64,000 bases of DNA from Candidatus Borrarchaeum weybense (GCA_019057385.1 JAHQJS010000007.1:841040-905039), one strand, 5' to 3'; positions 28,287 to 39,476 are shown, numbered from the stretch's first letter. The notes: a model not told the origin generated them from the letters alone. Translations and numbers: made by a program.

Positions 28287-29423
28287 ATGGACGTATCGAT
28301 ACTCAAAATTAAGGAAGACCTTTTAGAAAAGGTAAAACTAGCAGTAATTGATGGCAACGATATTATAATCGGTAAATATATATTAAACGTATTGAATTCG
28401 AACATTCCAAATCCATTTGACTCTATTATGACCGTTCTTATTGAAGGCATTAAAAGAGTTGCAGATATGTACGAAACAGGAGAATGTGAGCTGCCAGATT
28501 TGATACTAGCGGGGGAATCACTCAAAGAAGCACTTAGTATTATAACAAATAACGTGCGCGACCCCTCTAGTTTTTTACAAATAAAAAAAGGAAAAGTTAT
28601 CCTAGGAACTGTAGAAGGTGACACTCATGATATCGGCAAAAATGTCGTTGCAGCCATGCTTCAAGCTAATGGTTTTGAAGTTATAGATCTCGGACAGAAC
28701 GTACCACCTCAGATATTCGTCGAAAAGGCAGTAGAAGAAAAGGCGAATATTATAGGGGCCTCTTCATTTATGTCAAGCACTAGAAATTCTCAAAAAAAGA
28801 TTTTAGAAGAATTAGAAAAGGTGGGACTTAGAGATAAAATTATTTTTCTCATCGGTGGGGCTGCGGTCTCAAAAGATTATGCCAAAACGATTGGTGCAGA
28901 TGGATATGCGAAAGACGCTTTTGAGACAGTTGAACTGCTTGAGGGCTTGGTTAATAACCAAAAGAAAATTACACCAGAAAAAAATCACAAATTATTACTT
29001 AAAATGGAAGAAAACAGAAAAATGATTGAACAATTAGCTGATCAAGTCAAACAGTTTCAAGATATTATTGGGAAGACAACTAGTAGAGAAGTGAATGTTG
29101 ATAAAAGTCGCCTTTTAATTTCGCAGAAGTTCATAAATGTCAAAAATATAACGTTTTCAGAAGAAAAGGTTTACAAAATATTATCAAGTTTGTCCAACAA
29201 AGTTCGCTTAAGGGTTCTTATGGCTCTATGGCAAAAACCTTTACATTTTTCCGAAATCGAAGAAGTCATATCAGTTAAAGGCGGTCATCTTCAATTTCAC
29301 GTGGGAAAATTAAAAAACGAAGGATTAATTGAACAAAAGAAGAACCGAGGAAAATACTCAGTTACTCAAAAAGGCAAAAAAGTAATAATGATAACAAGTC
29401 AATTATCATCGCTTGAGAATTAA
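28287..29423 (+). CDS. Corrinoid-binding protein fused to a C-terminal ArsR-type winged-helix DNA-binding domain
   Basis: Cap domain plus GDTHDIGKNVV, coiled-coil linker, then LSNKVRLRVL...FSEIEE...GHLQFHVGKLKNEGLI...GKYSVTQKG. Confidence 0.82.
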   Translation: MDVSILKIKEDLLEKVKLAVIDGNDIIIGKYILNVLNSNIPNPFDSIMTVLIEGIKRVADMYETGECELPDLILAGESLKEALSIITNNVRDPSSFLQIKKGKVILGTVEGDTHDIGKNVVAAMLQANGFEVIDLGQNVPPQIFVEKAVEEKANIIGASSFMSSTRNSQKKILEELEKVGLRDKIIFLIGGAAVSKDYAKTIGADGYAKDAFETVELLEGLVNNQKKITPEKNHKLLLKMEENRKMIEQLADQVKQFQDIIGKTTSREVNVDKSRLLISQKFINVKNITFSEEKVYKILSSLSNKVRLRVLMALWQKPLHFSEIEEVISVKGGHLQFHVGKLKNEGLIEQKKNRGKYSVTQKGKKVIMITSQLSSLEN

Positions 29424-29454
29424 CACACACTTAGAATATTCTTGGCAAGAGTAA

Positions 29455-29742
29455 GTGACATCCTCCCCAGCCGTTCGGCTGGGGCTTACAGCTTTCCATC
29501 GTGGTCTCGTTCCCTCACGGGAAGCGATGTTTCGCCTACTTCTATGGGCTTACGGAAACTTACCAGGTTGCACACGCTGCTCAATCACTATCCTGCCCCT
29601 TATTCAGGGGAATTTCTTGCGATGCTGGATAGCGACCTCATGCACGGGCTTCCTCACGCTTACCCCTGTCACTACGCTGACTGGTCGCTTATGGGAGGAT
29701 ATGCCTCCACCCCAGTCGGAAGGGGACTTCCCACCGCATAAG
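29455..29742 (-). mobile_element. Non-autonomous IS200/IS605-like element or structured ncRNA (omegaRNA/HEARO-like)
   Basis: GC-rich island in AT-rich DNA with several hairpins; minus-strand end gccccagccgaacggctggggaggatgTCAC; left boundary approximate. Confidence 0.6.
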
Positions 29743-30276
29743 TTAAAAAGTAAATCGCCAAAAAAAATCAAATCGAGTTTCGTGTGGGCTTATTTTATTA
29801 ATCATCTAATTAGTTCCAGCGTCTATTAGGCAATTTACAATGTGGCTGAATGATAGGATATAGACCCCTTCTACCTGGGCAGTTTTCGCTGAAGGAGGTA
29901 TCTACTCGCCTTTAGACTGTGACAGTTCAAAAAGAAATAATATGTGCGTAAGGATAGTTGAGTGATATCTAAACTAAAGACCTCTAAAATCAAAAACATG
30001 CATTTACTCATTTCTTAAACAGTTTAAACGAAGCAAGATTGCCTTGATAGAGAAAATTCTCCAGATACCCTTGGAAGCGATACGAAGATGATCGCATAGT
30101 GAATATAGAGAATTTTGCTGGTTTCAACGAGAGATAAAAATTATTCAAAAAAATTGAAGTTTTTAAAGCAAAATGTGATGAATCGTGATTATATCAATGC
30201 CAGCTTTGACCTTTGGCTGGAAATGAACATATCTCCTGATAACAGAGCAAAGGGGCAAAAAATTGCTTATGATTCA

Positions 30277-30960
30277 TCAAATATTATATTCGCAGTGTTG
30301 GGTAAGAGATTCACCGCTAAAAGATTTCTTTCGGTATTCACAAGTTCTTGGACAATATTGGCAGGCAAAGTATTCTTCTGGTGTGGCCGCGAAAATGCCT
30401 GAAAGTGATTTTCTAGGTATCATTAAAAAACTGGGCGTAAGATGAACCCCTATAGTCCCAGTCGGATTCAAAATCTGAAAAATAACCTCTTGTTGCTTGA
30501 TATCAAAGAGTTTACCTGTTCCAGATCCCGGAGTAAAGTTGGATATTGTGCTTCCCAATTTTTCTTTCATTAAAGATCTGACGTAGGCAGCTGCTTTCTC
30601 TACTGCGTAATCTGCTATACACTCCATGATAAATCCTCGAAGTATGCTACTTTTAGTTTCTTCTGAAGCTTTTTTTTCCAGTCCTGGTCCAATTGTAACT
30701 ATATAGGGAACTACTGTTTGATTAACTTTTAATACTTCACCAAGGATCGAACTCTTTAGAATGTATTCGCTTTCTAATTGGATTTCATCCTTCTTAATAC
30801 TAGTCACTTTTAATAAGGTGTATACTGTCGTAGGTTCAATCAATCGACGGCAGTCCTCTATAAGCGGTACTACTTTCGTCTCCTTCATTCTTCTGTTTTT
30901 TAGAGTTCGTATTAAGTCCCTAGCATCTAAATCAATAGGTATGAAATCAATTACTTCCAC
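30277..30960 (-). CDS. B12-dependent methionine synthase reactivation-domain-like protein, paralog 1
   Basis: YIVTIG..LE, F.PG.G, IGV.LT.SFLMIPRKSLSGI, C-terminal CQYCPRTCEYR. Confidence 0.75.
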   Translation of the reverse strand: MEVIDFIPIDLDARDLIRTLKNRRMKETKVVPLIEDCRRLIEPTTVYTLLKVTSIKKDEIQLESEYILKSSILGEVLKVNQTVVPYIVTIGPGLEKKASEETKSSILRGFIMECIADYAVEKAAAYVRSLMKEKLGSTISNFTPGSGTGKLFDIKQQEVIFQILNPTGTIGVHLTPSFLMIPRKSLSGIFAATPEEYFACQYCPRTCEYRKKSFSGESLTQHCEYNI

Positions 30961-31791
30961 GAAAACGCCTCCTTAATTAAAGCAATTGTGAGTTTGTGGC
31001 GGAAGTTCTGTATCCCTGGAAGTAATATAAGAATATCGGGTCTAAATAAAAGGAGTCCGTTTTCAATACCCGATAAAACTTTATAACAATGTCACATCCT
31101 TTTGCAAGAGACTTGAGGGACACCATACTCACTTTGTCGATAGTCTCTAGCGCATTATCCAATAGGCTTCTCAAATTAGTAAGATTTGCTTTCTTCTCTT
31201 CTAATTGCAACGAGAAGAATTTCTGAGAATTCATCCACAGACTCAAGCTCGTGGCTTTCTTGAGGTGTCTCATAAGAAAAAATAGGTACTTATTTTGAAT
31301 AATGAAGGTAGGCACACCCAGGATCATGTAAAGGAGAGATAGACTTTATCAAAATCCATTGGAGGGATATGCCTACCTTAGGTGCGACCACTTCATTGCT
31401 GTATAAAAGTCTTATTGTACAACATTCAGCAATCAAATCCTTCTGAAATAAGTTACAATTTAGTATGTTTTCTGCGTCGAAGTCGAAGCGAGGGGCATCG
31501 ATAATAAATTTGAAGATTATAAAAGAGAGATATAGAACAAAATGGGTGATACTAGAGGATAAAAAAGACAATAAAAATCAACATATTGCAAAAACTTACG
31601 TTTTAAGATTTCGTTCATATTCATTCGATTTGTAGTTTACTCAGGAAAATTTTATATCCATAAACCTTAATATTACATCTCTACAAATTTTTTATTAATG
31701 TACTAGAAGTTTTATATAAGTCTGAAAAACTTGTGATATTTGAAGAGCACAATTATTAGAAATATTATCTCACAAGAAGGTGATATTACAT

Positions 31792-32622
31792 TTGATAAAA
31801 ATCTCCATCGTTAAAGCGGGTAATATCGCTACGTCAACAGTTATTGATATTATTTTAGATGAACGAGCTCATAGAGAAGACATCATGATTAGAACCTTTG
31901 GCACTGGCTCAAAAATGCAATTAGAGTATATTAAAGAGGTTGTAGAAATTGCTGTTGCCATTGATCCCGATTTACTAATTTTTGTAGGACCAAATATTTC
32001 CTCAAAACGGAATATAGAAACTGCAAATATCTTAAAAGAATTAAATATGCCAATTATTTTGATAGGAGATGCAAAAGACCTCAAGATTACTGAAATACTA
32101 GATTCATTCAATATCGGTTATATTATTTTGGAAGGCGATCCGTTACTTGGGGCTAAAAGAGCAATACTTGATTCTACAGAAATGGTATTATTTAATGCTA
32201 ATATATTGAAAGTGCTTTCAGTCTCGGGAACAATCCGTTTATTGCAACATGAATTGAATAAAGTAATCACTAGTCTGAAAGATAAAGGAATCCATCTCCC
32301 TAAAATAATAGTGAGTTCTGATCTTGCACTGCAATATGCTGGTATCAAAAATCCCTACGCTCATGCAAAAGCAAAAGCCGCCTACGAAATGAATATCCTA
32401 GTCCACAAGTTAAATTACCAAGGTTGTTTTGTTCTTAAGAAGAAAGATGAATACATCCCCTGTGTAATTAGTGCACATGAATTGGCGGAGTCCGCTGCAG
32501 ACCTGGCGCAAACAGCAAGGAATATTGAAAAAATCAATGATTCTATTTTAAGAGATCCCCATGATCGATTTGGACAAATATTGAAAAAGACAAGTCTCTA
32601 TGAAGATTTATCTGTCATTTAA
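31792..32622 (+). CDS. mtd: F420-dependent methylene-H4MPT dehydrogenase
   Basis: K.GNIATS..ID..LDERA.REDI, GTGSKM, GAKRA.LD.TEM, NPYA.AKA, QGCF, SAHE, R.PH; TTG 31792 follows a GGTGA SD. Confidence 0.9.
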   Translation: MIKISIVKAGNIATSTVIDIILDERAHREDIMIRTFGTGSKMQLEYIKEVVEIAVAIDPDLLIFVGPNISSKRNIETANILKELNMPIILIGDAKDLKITEILDSFNIGYIILEGDPLLGAKRAILDSTEMVLFNANILKVLSVSGTIRLLQHELNKVITSLKDKGIHLPKIIVSSDLALQYAGIKNPYAHAKAKAAYEMNILVHKLNYQGCFVLKKKDEYIPCVISAHELAESAADLAQTARNIEKINDSILRDPHDRFGQILKKTSLYEDLSVI

Positions 32623-32829
32623 ATCGAGAGCGATGTAACTTCAAACCAATCGCTTATTTCTTTGTTAATAAACGTTTTAGAAGTTAGTAGAATCTCAAAT
32701 GATCATAGAAATGTGTTAGATCTTTTAACGAAAAAATAAGTTAACTAAGCACTTTTATAGGAGTTCTGAGTATTATAGAATGACTAAAGTGACATAGACG
32801 ACAAGTAGTTTTTACTCTAAGGGATTAGT

Positions 32830-33762
32830 ATGATAGAAAAATTTGACATTATCATCATAGGTGCGGGGTGTGCTGGTCTAGCTGCTGGGATATACGCTGG
32901 GCGTTTTGGATTAAGCACTGCGATATTTGATAAACAACTTCCTGGTGGTCAGATAAACCTCACGGATGTTGTTGAAAACTACCCTGGATATGAAATGATA
33001 TCAGGACAAGATCTATCAGAGATAATGGTGAAGCAAGTAGAGAATGCCGGTGCAAAAATCTTTGAATTTGAAGAGATTCGTGATTTAGATCTCTCGCAAC
33101 CAATAAAAAAGGTAGTTAGTGAGATGGGAGAATACGAAGCTAAGGTTGTAATTCTTACAACAGGATCAAATTACAGAAGATTAGGTATTCCTGGTGAGAA
33201 AGAATATACAGGAAAAGGCGTGAGTTATTGTGCAACGTGTGATGGCCAACTTTATAAAAAAAAGAAGGTCATAACAGTTGGGGGAGGAGATGTCGCTGCA
33301 ACTTATACAAGATATCTTAAAGAAATTGACGTTAATGTGCGTTTAGTCCATAGAAGAGATCAATTACGTGCTAAAGAATCATTGCAAAAGGATTTAGAGC
33401 GTCTTGGTGTCGAGATTATCTGGGATACTATAGTTACAGAAATCTTTGGCGATGATGAAAGCGTTACTGGTGCGAAACTGAAAAACATCAATACAAGTGA
33501 AGAAACAAAAATGGAGCTGGATGGCGTTTTTATCCATATCGGGAGCCTGCCAACTAACGACTTATCCAAAAAAGCGGGTATTGAACTTGACGAGCGTGGA
33601 TACATTATTGTCAATAAAAAGAATGAAACAAATATACTAGGAATTTATGCTGCAGGAGATAATACTGGAAGTGAAGCTCAGTTAGCGATAGTAGTTGGTG
33701 AAGGTGTTAATGCCGCTATCCATGCCTATCAGTATATAAAAGGGGGATGGAATGGCTCTTGA
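32830..33762 (+). CDS. trxB: Thioredoxin reductase
   Basis: IIGAG.AGL, ENYPG, GVSYCATCDG, VHRRD, YAAGD. Confidence 0.88.
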   Translation: MIEKFDIIIIGAGCAGLAAGIYAGRFGLSTAIFDKQLPGGQINLTDVVENYPGYEMISGQDLSEIMVKQVENAGAKIFEFEEIRDLDLSQPIKKVVSEMGEYEAKVVILTTGSNYRRLGIPGEKEYTGKGVSYCATCDGQLYKKKKVITVGGGDVAATYTRYLKEIDVNVRLVHRRDQLRAKESLQKDLERLGVEIIWDTIVTEIFGDDESVTGAKLKNINTSEETKMELDGVFIHIGSLPTNDLSKKAGIELDERGYIIVNKKNETNILGIYAAGDNTGSEAQLAIVVGEGVNAAIHAYQYIKGGWNGS

Positions 33763-33868
33763 ACGAAACTACTACTAGATACTGGCTTCCTATTTCACAA
33801 ACAATACTTGATTTCGTTAAAGGTGCTTTTATCATTAATGAAAACTGAACAAAGAAATCATTTCGAGC

Positions 33869-34552
33869 TCAATAGGTATCTTGTTCACATTGGTGACCAA
33901 TATACTCGCCGCTGTACTCTTTCCTTCTATGTTCACACTTACGAGGGCAGTATTCACACGTCACATAATCATTAGGAGTTGCAGCAAAAACTCCTGAGAT
34001 TGATTTTTTGGGCAACATTAAATAAGTTGGCGTAAGACGGACTCCGATTGTATTTGGATCTATGATCTTAAATAATACTTCTTGCTGATTGATATTAAAG
34101 AGTCTACCTGTACCTGTTCCTGGTGAAAAATTGTTTATATCGTTCCCTAGTTTTTCCTTAGCTAGAGAGCTTATATAAAGCCTTGCCTTATCTAAAACAT
34201 AATCTGCTATCTGTTCCATAACGAATGCTTTAAGGATATTAATCTTTGACTCTTTTGATGTATATGTTTCAAGTTGAGATCCTATTGTAACAACATGAGG
34301 AACAATTGTTTGATCATTTTCTACTGAGTCTCCAAGGATTATACTCTTTATACTGTATCCATTGTCTACTTGGATCTCGGAATTATTAACCTTGGTTACT
34401 TGCACGAACTTGTAAACAGCTTTTGGCTCAATTAGTTCTATACATTCATCTATAAGCGGTACAACATCTTTTTCTCTTATCCTTCTTTTACCTAGTGTTT
34501 CCAGTAAATCATCAACATCCAATTCGAAAGGGATAGGATCGATTACTTCCAT
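33869..34552 (-). CDS. B12-dependent methionine synthase reactivation-domain-like protein, paralog 2
   Basis: Clear paralog of 30277..30960; LMLPKKSISG, CEYCPRKCEHR. Confidence 0.75.
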   Translation of the reverse strand: MEVIDPIPFELDVDDLLETLGKRRIREKDVVPLIDECIELIEPKAVYKFVQVTKVNNSEIQVDNGYSIKSIILGDSVENDQTIVPHVVTIGSQLETYTSKESKINILKAFVMEQIADYVLDKARLYISSLAKEKLGNDINNFSPGTGTGRLFNINQQEVLFKIIDPNTIGVRLTPTYLMLPKKSISGVFAATPNDYVTCEYCPRKCEHRRKEYSGEYIGHQCEQDTY

Positions 34553-34721
34553 GGCAACGCTCTCCTTAATTTACATAAACTCAATTCATTGTAGATGATA
34601 TATTGCCAGTGACATATAACAATTTCGATATAACAGTTGAGGTTGATCAATTCATTTAGGAATATATCAAAACCAAAAAGATTAGTAAAACTTTAAATAA
34701 TGATGATGAACGACATCTGAG

Positions 34722-36635
34722 ATGAGGCATTTAAATCAAGAGTCATTTAAAATTGAGGGACCTGTATTGCCAAAATACTGCAAAATCGTTTTACAGCCTA
34801 GTGGGCGTCGAGGGACGTTTCCCTGCGAAACAAATCTTCTAACTGCAGCATTAGAACTTGGTGAACCCATTGAATCGTTATGCGGAGGTAAAGGCTCCTG
34901 CGGAAAATGCATGGTTTTTATTAATAAGGGAATTGAGAATATTTCTGATTTAACTGATATCGAAAAGCAGATTTTAACAGAACAAGAAATCTCACAACAC
35001 TATCGCCTTGCCTGTATGACAAAGGCTATCGGGGACGTAGAAGTCACTGTTCCCGAAGAAAGTCGACGTAGAGAACAAGTAATTCTGACTGAAGGTCGAA
35101 AGACTGATTTCACCATAGATCCGACTGTTAAAAAATATTTCTTAACCATACCTTTACCATCATTAGAGGATCTTTTGGCAGACCAAGAAAGACTTGCAAA
35201 GATTCTCGCACAAACTCATGGCTTGGAGAACTTGACCATCGATTTCCCTTTGGTTAAAAGATTGCCTAAATTGCTAAGAGAAAACAAGGGAAAAATTGCT
35301 GTAACTGTATGGAATGATCAGGAAATCATTGATATAGAGCCTGAGAACGCCTCAAAGAGTTATGGATTAGCCATAGATATTGGCACGACGACTGTTGTTG
35401 TCTACCTACTCGAACTCGATACCGGTAATCTCATCGGAATAGAGTCGATGACGAATCCACAAGTCACTTTTGGTGAAGATATTATCTCTAGAATATCCTA
35501 TGTAATAAATAATTTAGATGGTCTTCAGAGACTTGGAGATATCATAGTAACAGGGATCAATAGCTTGATCGAGCAATTAGCCAAGAAACACAAAATAGAC
35601 TATAATCAAATTGTAGAAGTCACTATCGTTGGTAATTCAGTTATGCATCATCTCTTCTTGAAAATTACACCAGAATTTATAGGTAGATCGCCTTTTGTAC
35701 CAGTTACCCACAATTCAATGACGCTGAAAGCAAGGGATGTAGGGATAACTGTCAATCCTTCAGGGTATGTGCATATGTTGCCTATCGAGGCTGGATTTGT
35801 TGGTGCAGATAATGTCGGCGTATTAATAGCGACTGAAATTTACAAATCTCCAGATGTTTCGCTCGTTATTGACATCGGTACAAATGGAGAACTCGTTCTG
35901 GGCAATAACGAAAAACTCTTTTCAGTCTCAACAGCCGCAGGACCTGCTCTTGAAGGGGCTCATATCAAATTTGGAATGCGAGCTGCTGCTGGGGCAATTG
36001 AACGCGTGAAAATTGATGAAACCTTTGAACCGAAATATAAAACAATCGGTGATGAGAAACCGAGAGGAATCTGCGGTTCAGGCATTATCGATATCATTGC
36101 AGAATTATTTCGCGTTGGTATAATTGAGAAAAACGGCCGTTTTGCAGATTTAGACACTCCTCGCCTACGTAGAAACAATAAAGTAAATGAATATATCTTA
36201 GAATGGGCTTCAGAAGCTGCAATAAATTCAGATATTGTAATTACACAGAAAGATGTCAGAGAAGTTCAACTAGCTAAAGGTGCAATGTATGCGGGTGCTG
36301 TTATCTTAATGAATAAATTCGGTTGTACAAAACTAGATAGAATAATGCTTGCAGGAGCTTTCGGTAATTATATAGATAAGAAGTCTGGAATGTTGATAGG
36401 CTTATATCCTGATTGCGATTTAGAAAATGTTGTTAGCATTGGGAACGCTGCAGGTGAAGGAGCTATAATGGCATTGTTGTCAAAGGAGAAAAGAGGAGAA
36501 GCTATGCGGATTGCAAGATCTGTGCAATATGTTGAACTTACCCTAGAAGAAGATTTTGAACCTGAATTTATGAACGCAATGTACTTTCCTCATAGGACAG
36601 ATGATTTCCCTCATCTTAAAGAAATACTTGATTAA
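34722..36635 (+). CDS. ATP-dependent reductive activator of corrinoid proteins, second copy
   Basis: CGGKGSCGKC, RLAC, DIGTTT, GFVGAD, DIGTNGE, GPALEG, AGAFG. Confidence 0.9.
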   Translation: MRHLNQESFKIEGPVLPKYCKIVLQPSGRRGTFPCETNLLTAALELGEPIESLCGGKGSCGKCMVFINKGIENISDLTDIEKQILTEQEISQHYRLACMTKAIGDVEVTVPEESRRREQVILTEGRKTDFTIDPTVKKYFLTIPLPSLEDLLADQERLAKILAQTHGLENLTIDFPLVKRLPKLLRENKGKIAVTVWNDQEIIDIEPENASKSYGLAIDIGTTTVVVYLLELDTGNLIGIESMTNPQVTFGEDIISRISYVINNLDGLQRLGDIIVTGINSLIEQLAKKHKIDYNQIVEVTIVGNSVMHHLFLKITPEFIGRSPFVPVTHNSMTLKARDVGITVNPSGYVHMLPIEAGFVGADNVGVLIATEIYKSPDVSLVIDIGTNGELVLGNNEKLFSVSTAAGPALEGAHIKFGMRAAAGAIERVKIDETFEPKYKTIGDEKPRGICGSGIIDIIAELFRVGIIEKNGRFADLDTPRLRRNNKVNEYILEWASEAAINSDIVITQKDVREVQLAKGAMYAGAVILMNKFGCTKLDRIMLAGAFGNYIDKKSGMLIGLYPDCDLENVVSIGNAAGEGAIMALLSKEKRGEAMRIARSVQYVELTLEEDFEPEFMNAMYFPHRTDDFPHLKEILD

Positions 36636-36668
36636 ATCCACCGTTTGCTTAATAAAGAGAGGTGGCAG

Positions 36669-36919
36669 GTGAACTACCACCCTACAAGTAGGCTGGCTTC
36701 CTGAATCATTCATTCCCCAACGGGACATGTCAAACAGGCTCTACGGGCAGTTCCTGCCCTGCATGTATGGTTAATATGAGAAGTGGCGAGTGTGACCTCA
36801 GCTCAATTCTAACTACCAGAGGTACCACACCTTATTTAAGTGTTGGGGACCACTGTGAAAGTGAACACGTAACATGATTCATCCCCCCAACAAGTAGAGG
36901 GGTCTTCTCGCGAGTTCTG
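36669..36919 (-). mobile_element. Non-autonomous IS200/IS605 element retaining an omegaRNA-like right part
   Basis: Left-end hairpin cccctctacttgttgggggg and right-end ggaagccagcctacttgtagggtggtagtTCAC share the loop CTACTTGT; left boundary approximate. Confidence 0.7.
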
Positions 36920-36929
36920 ATAAATTTAA

Positions 36930-37880
<951 letters not shown>

Positions 37881-37887
37881 AAAAATA

Positions 37888-39297
37888 CTACTCTTTCTCT
37901 ATTGGAAGGATATCTGTTCTATCAGGATAATCTCTAACTAGATATCCCAACTCTTTAATTTTATCTCGAAGTTCGTCTGATTTTTTCCAGTCTTTTTGTT
38001 TCCTTGCTTCTTCCCGTGCCGCAACCAATTTTTTAACTTCTTCGGGAATCTCTTTTTCCCTACGTTCATTCTGAAATAGTCCAAAAATTCTGCCAAGTTC
38101 ATTAATCGTATCCAAAAATGTCTGCAGTATTTGTTTGTCTGCATTTTGAGTAATCGCTTGATTCGCAGATTTTATCAATTCAAAATATTGTGCTAACGCT
38201 TGAGCAGTGTTGAAGTCATAATCCATTGAATTGAAGAATTCTTGTTTAATTTTTGATATTTCCTCTAAAAATTCACTTTTTGCTCCATTCAACTGATTTG
38301 AGGCTATTGCGTTTTCTAACAAGCGTTTTACATTATAAATACGCTCTAGATTTTGTTCCGCTTGATTCATAGATTCTTCACTATAATCAATTGGATTCCG
38401 ATAATGGGTTGATGCGACAAACAAACGAAATGCTTCGGGGTCAAACTTTTCAAGCAATTGACGAATTGTTATGAAATTCCCCAAAGATTTCGACATTTTT
38501 TCTCCATCTATCGTCAAAAAGCCCGTGTGTATCCAATATTTTACAAATGGTTTCTTTCCGGTGTACGCCTCGGATTGCATTATCTCGTTTTCGTGATGTG
38601 GGAATATTAAATCTCTAGCGCCGCTGTGGACATCAAGTTGTGACCCTAAATACTTCATGCTCATTGCTGAGCATTCAATATGCCATCCAGGTCGTCCCCG
38701 ACCCCACGGAGAGTCCCAATAAGGATCGCCCTCCTCTGAATTTTTCCAAAGTGCAAAATCATAGGGATTTCGCTTTCCTTCTCTTATTGCCACTCTTGCT
38801 CCAGATCTCATTTCTTCTAATTTCTGTCCTGAAAGTTGGCCAAACTCTTCAACAGTCGAAACATCGAAATAAACGTCACCATTGGATTCATACGCATTTC
38901 CTTTCTTAATCAGTGTTGAAATAAATTCAATAATCTCCGGAATAGTATCCGATACTCTCGGATAGAAATCTGCTTTTTCGATTCCTAATGCGTCCATATC
39001 CTCATAGTAAATCTGCTCAAATCGATCAGCTAGTTCCTGAGGATCTTCATTATTCTTCTTTGCTCGTTTGATTATTTTGTCATCGATATTTGTAATGTTA
39101 ATAATAGTCTTAACATTAAAACCTATATATTTAAGATAACGGATAATTATGTCAAAAGCTAAATATGTTCTGCCATGACCCAAATGCGGATAATCGTAGA
39201 CGGTTGGACCGCACACATAGATTTTGACCTCTTCCTCAGAAATGGGTTTAAATTCTTCTACCTTGCGACCTAGAGTGTTATAAACCATGATATTCAT
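37888..39297 (-). CDS. cysS: Cysteine-tRNA ligase
   Basis: CGPTVY..HLGH, GRPGWHIEC, FPHHENE, KMSKS. Confidence 0.96.
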   Translation of the reverse strand: MNIMVYNTLGRKVEEFKPISEEEVKIYVCGPTVYDYPHLGHGRTYLAFDIIIRYLKYIGFNVKTIINITNIDDKIIKRAKKNNEDPQELADRFEQIYYEDMDALGIEKADFYPRVSDTIPEIIEFISTLIKKGNAYESNGDVYFDVSTVEEFGQLSGQKLEEMRSGARVAIREGKRNPYDFALWKNSEEGDPYWDSPWGRGRPGWHIECSAMSMKYLGSQLDVHSGARDLIFPHHENEIMQSEAYTGKKPFVKYWIHTGFLTIDGEKMSKSLGNFITIRQLLEKFDPEAFRLFVASTHYRNPIDYSEESMNQAEQNLERIYNVKRLLENAIASNQLNGAKSEFLEEISKIKQEFFNSMDYDFNTAQALAQYFELIKSANQAITQNADKQILQTFLDTINELGRIFGLFQNERREKEIPEEVKKLVAAREEARKQKDWKKSDELRDKIKELGYLVRDYPDRTDILPIEKE

Positions 39298-39476
39298 TTA
39301 TTATCACCAATTTGCGAATAATAAAACAGCTTATCCTATTAAAAAGTGTTAGTTCTTAACATAACTATTTAGATTTTCAAAAAACCGATTTTTCTCCATG
39401 ATACTCTATCAAAATCTTATAGCATTCTTTTAATATTTCACTAACCAATTGTATACCCTCGAACACGTAGATTACA

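Noticed and set aside
29442-29829. ORFs 29442..29741 and 29455..29829
   Set aside because: They overlap the GC-rich structured element, have atypical composition and show no motifs
29861-29904. Hairpin with a GAA/A-like bulge (possible SECIS)
   Set aside because: No adjacent gene with an in-frame TGA, and the pairing is imperfect
30977-31571. ORFs 30977..31327 and 31290..31571
   Set aside because: No recognisable motif or SD; they may be decayed sequence, but I cannot support a call
33763-33800. KLLLDTGFLF in frame after the trxB stop, resembling a PIN/VapC N-terminus
   Set aside because: Only about 10 codons, no start codon and no further PIN similarity
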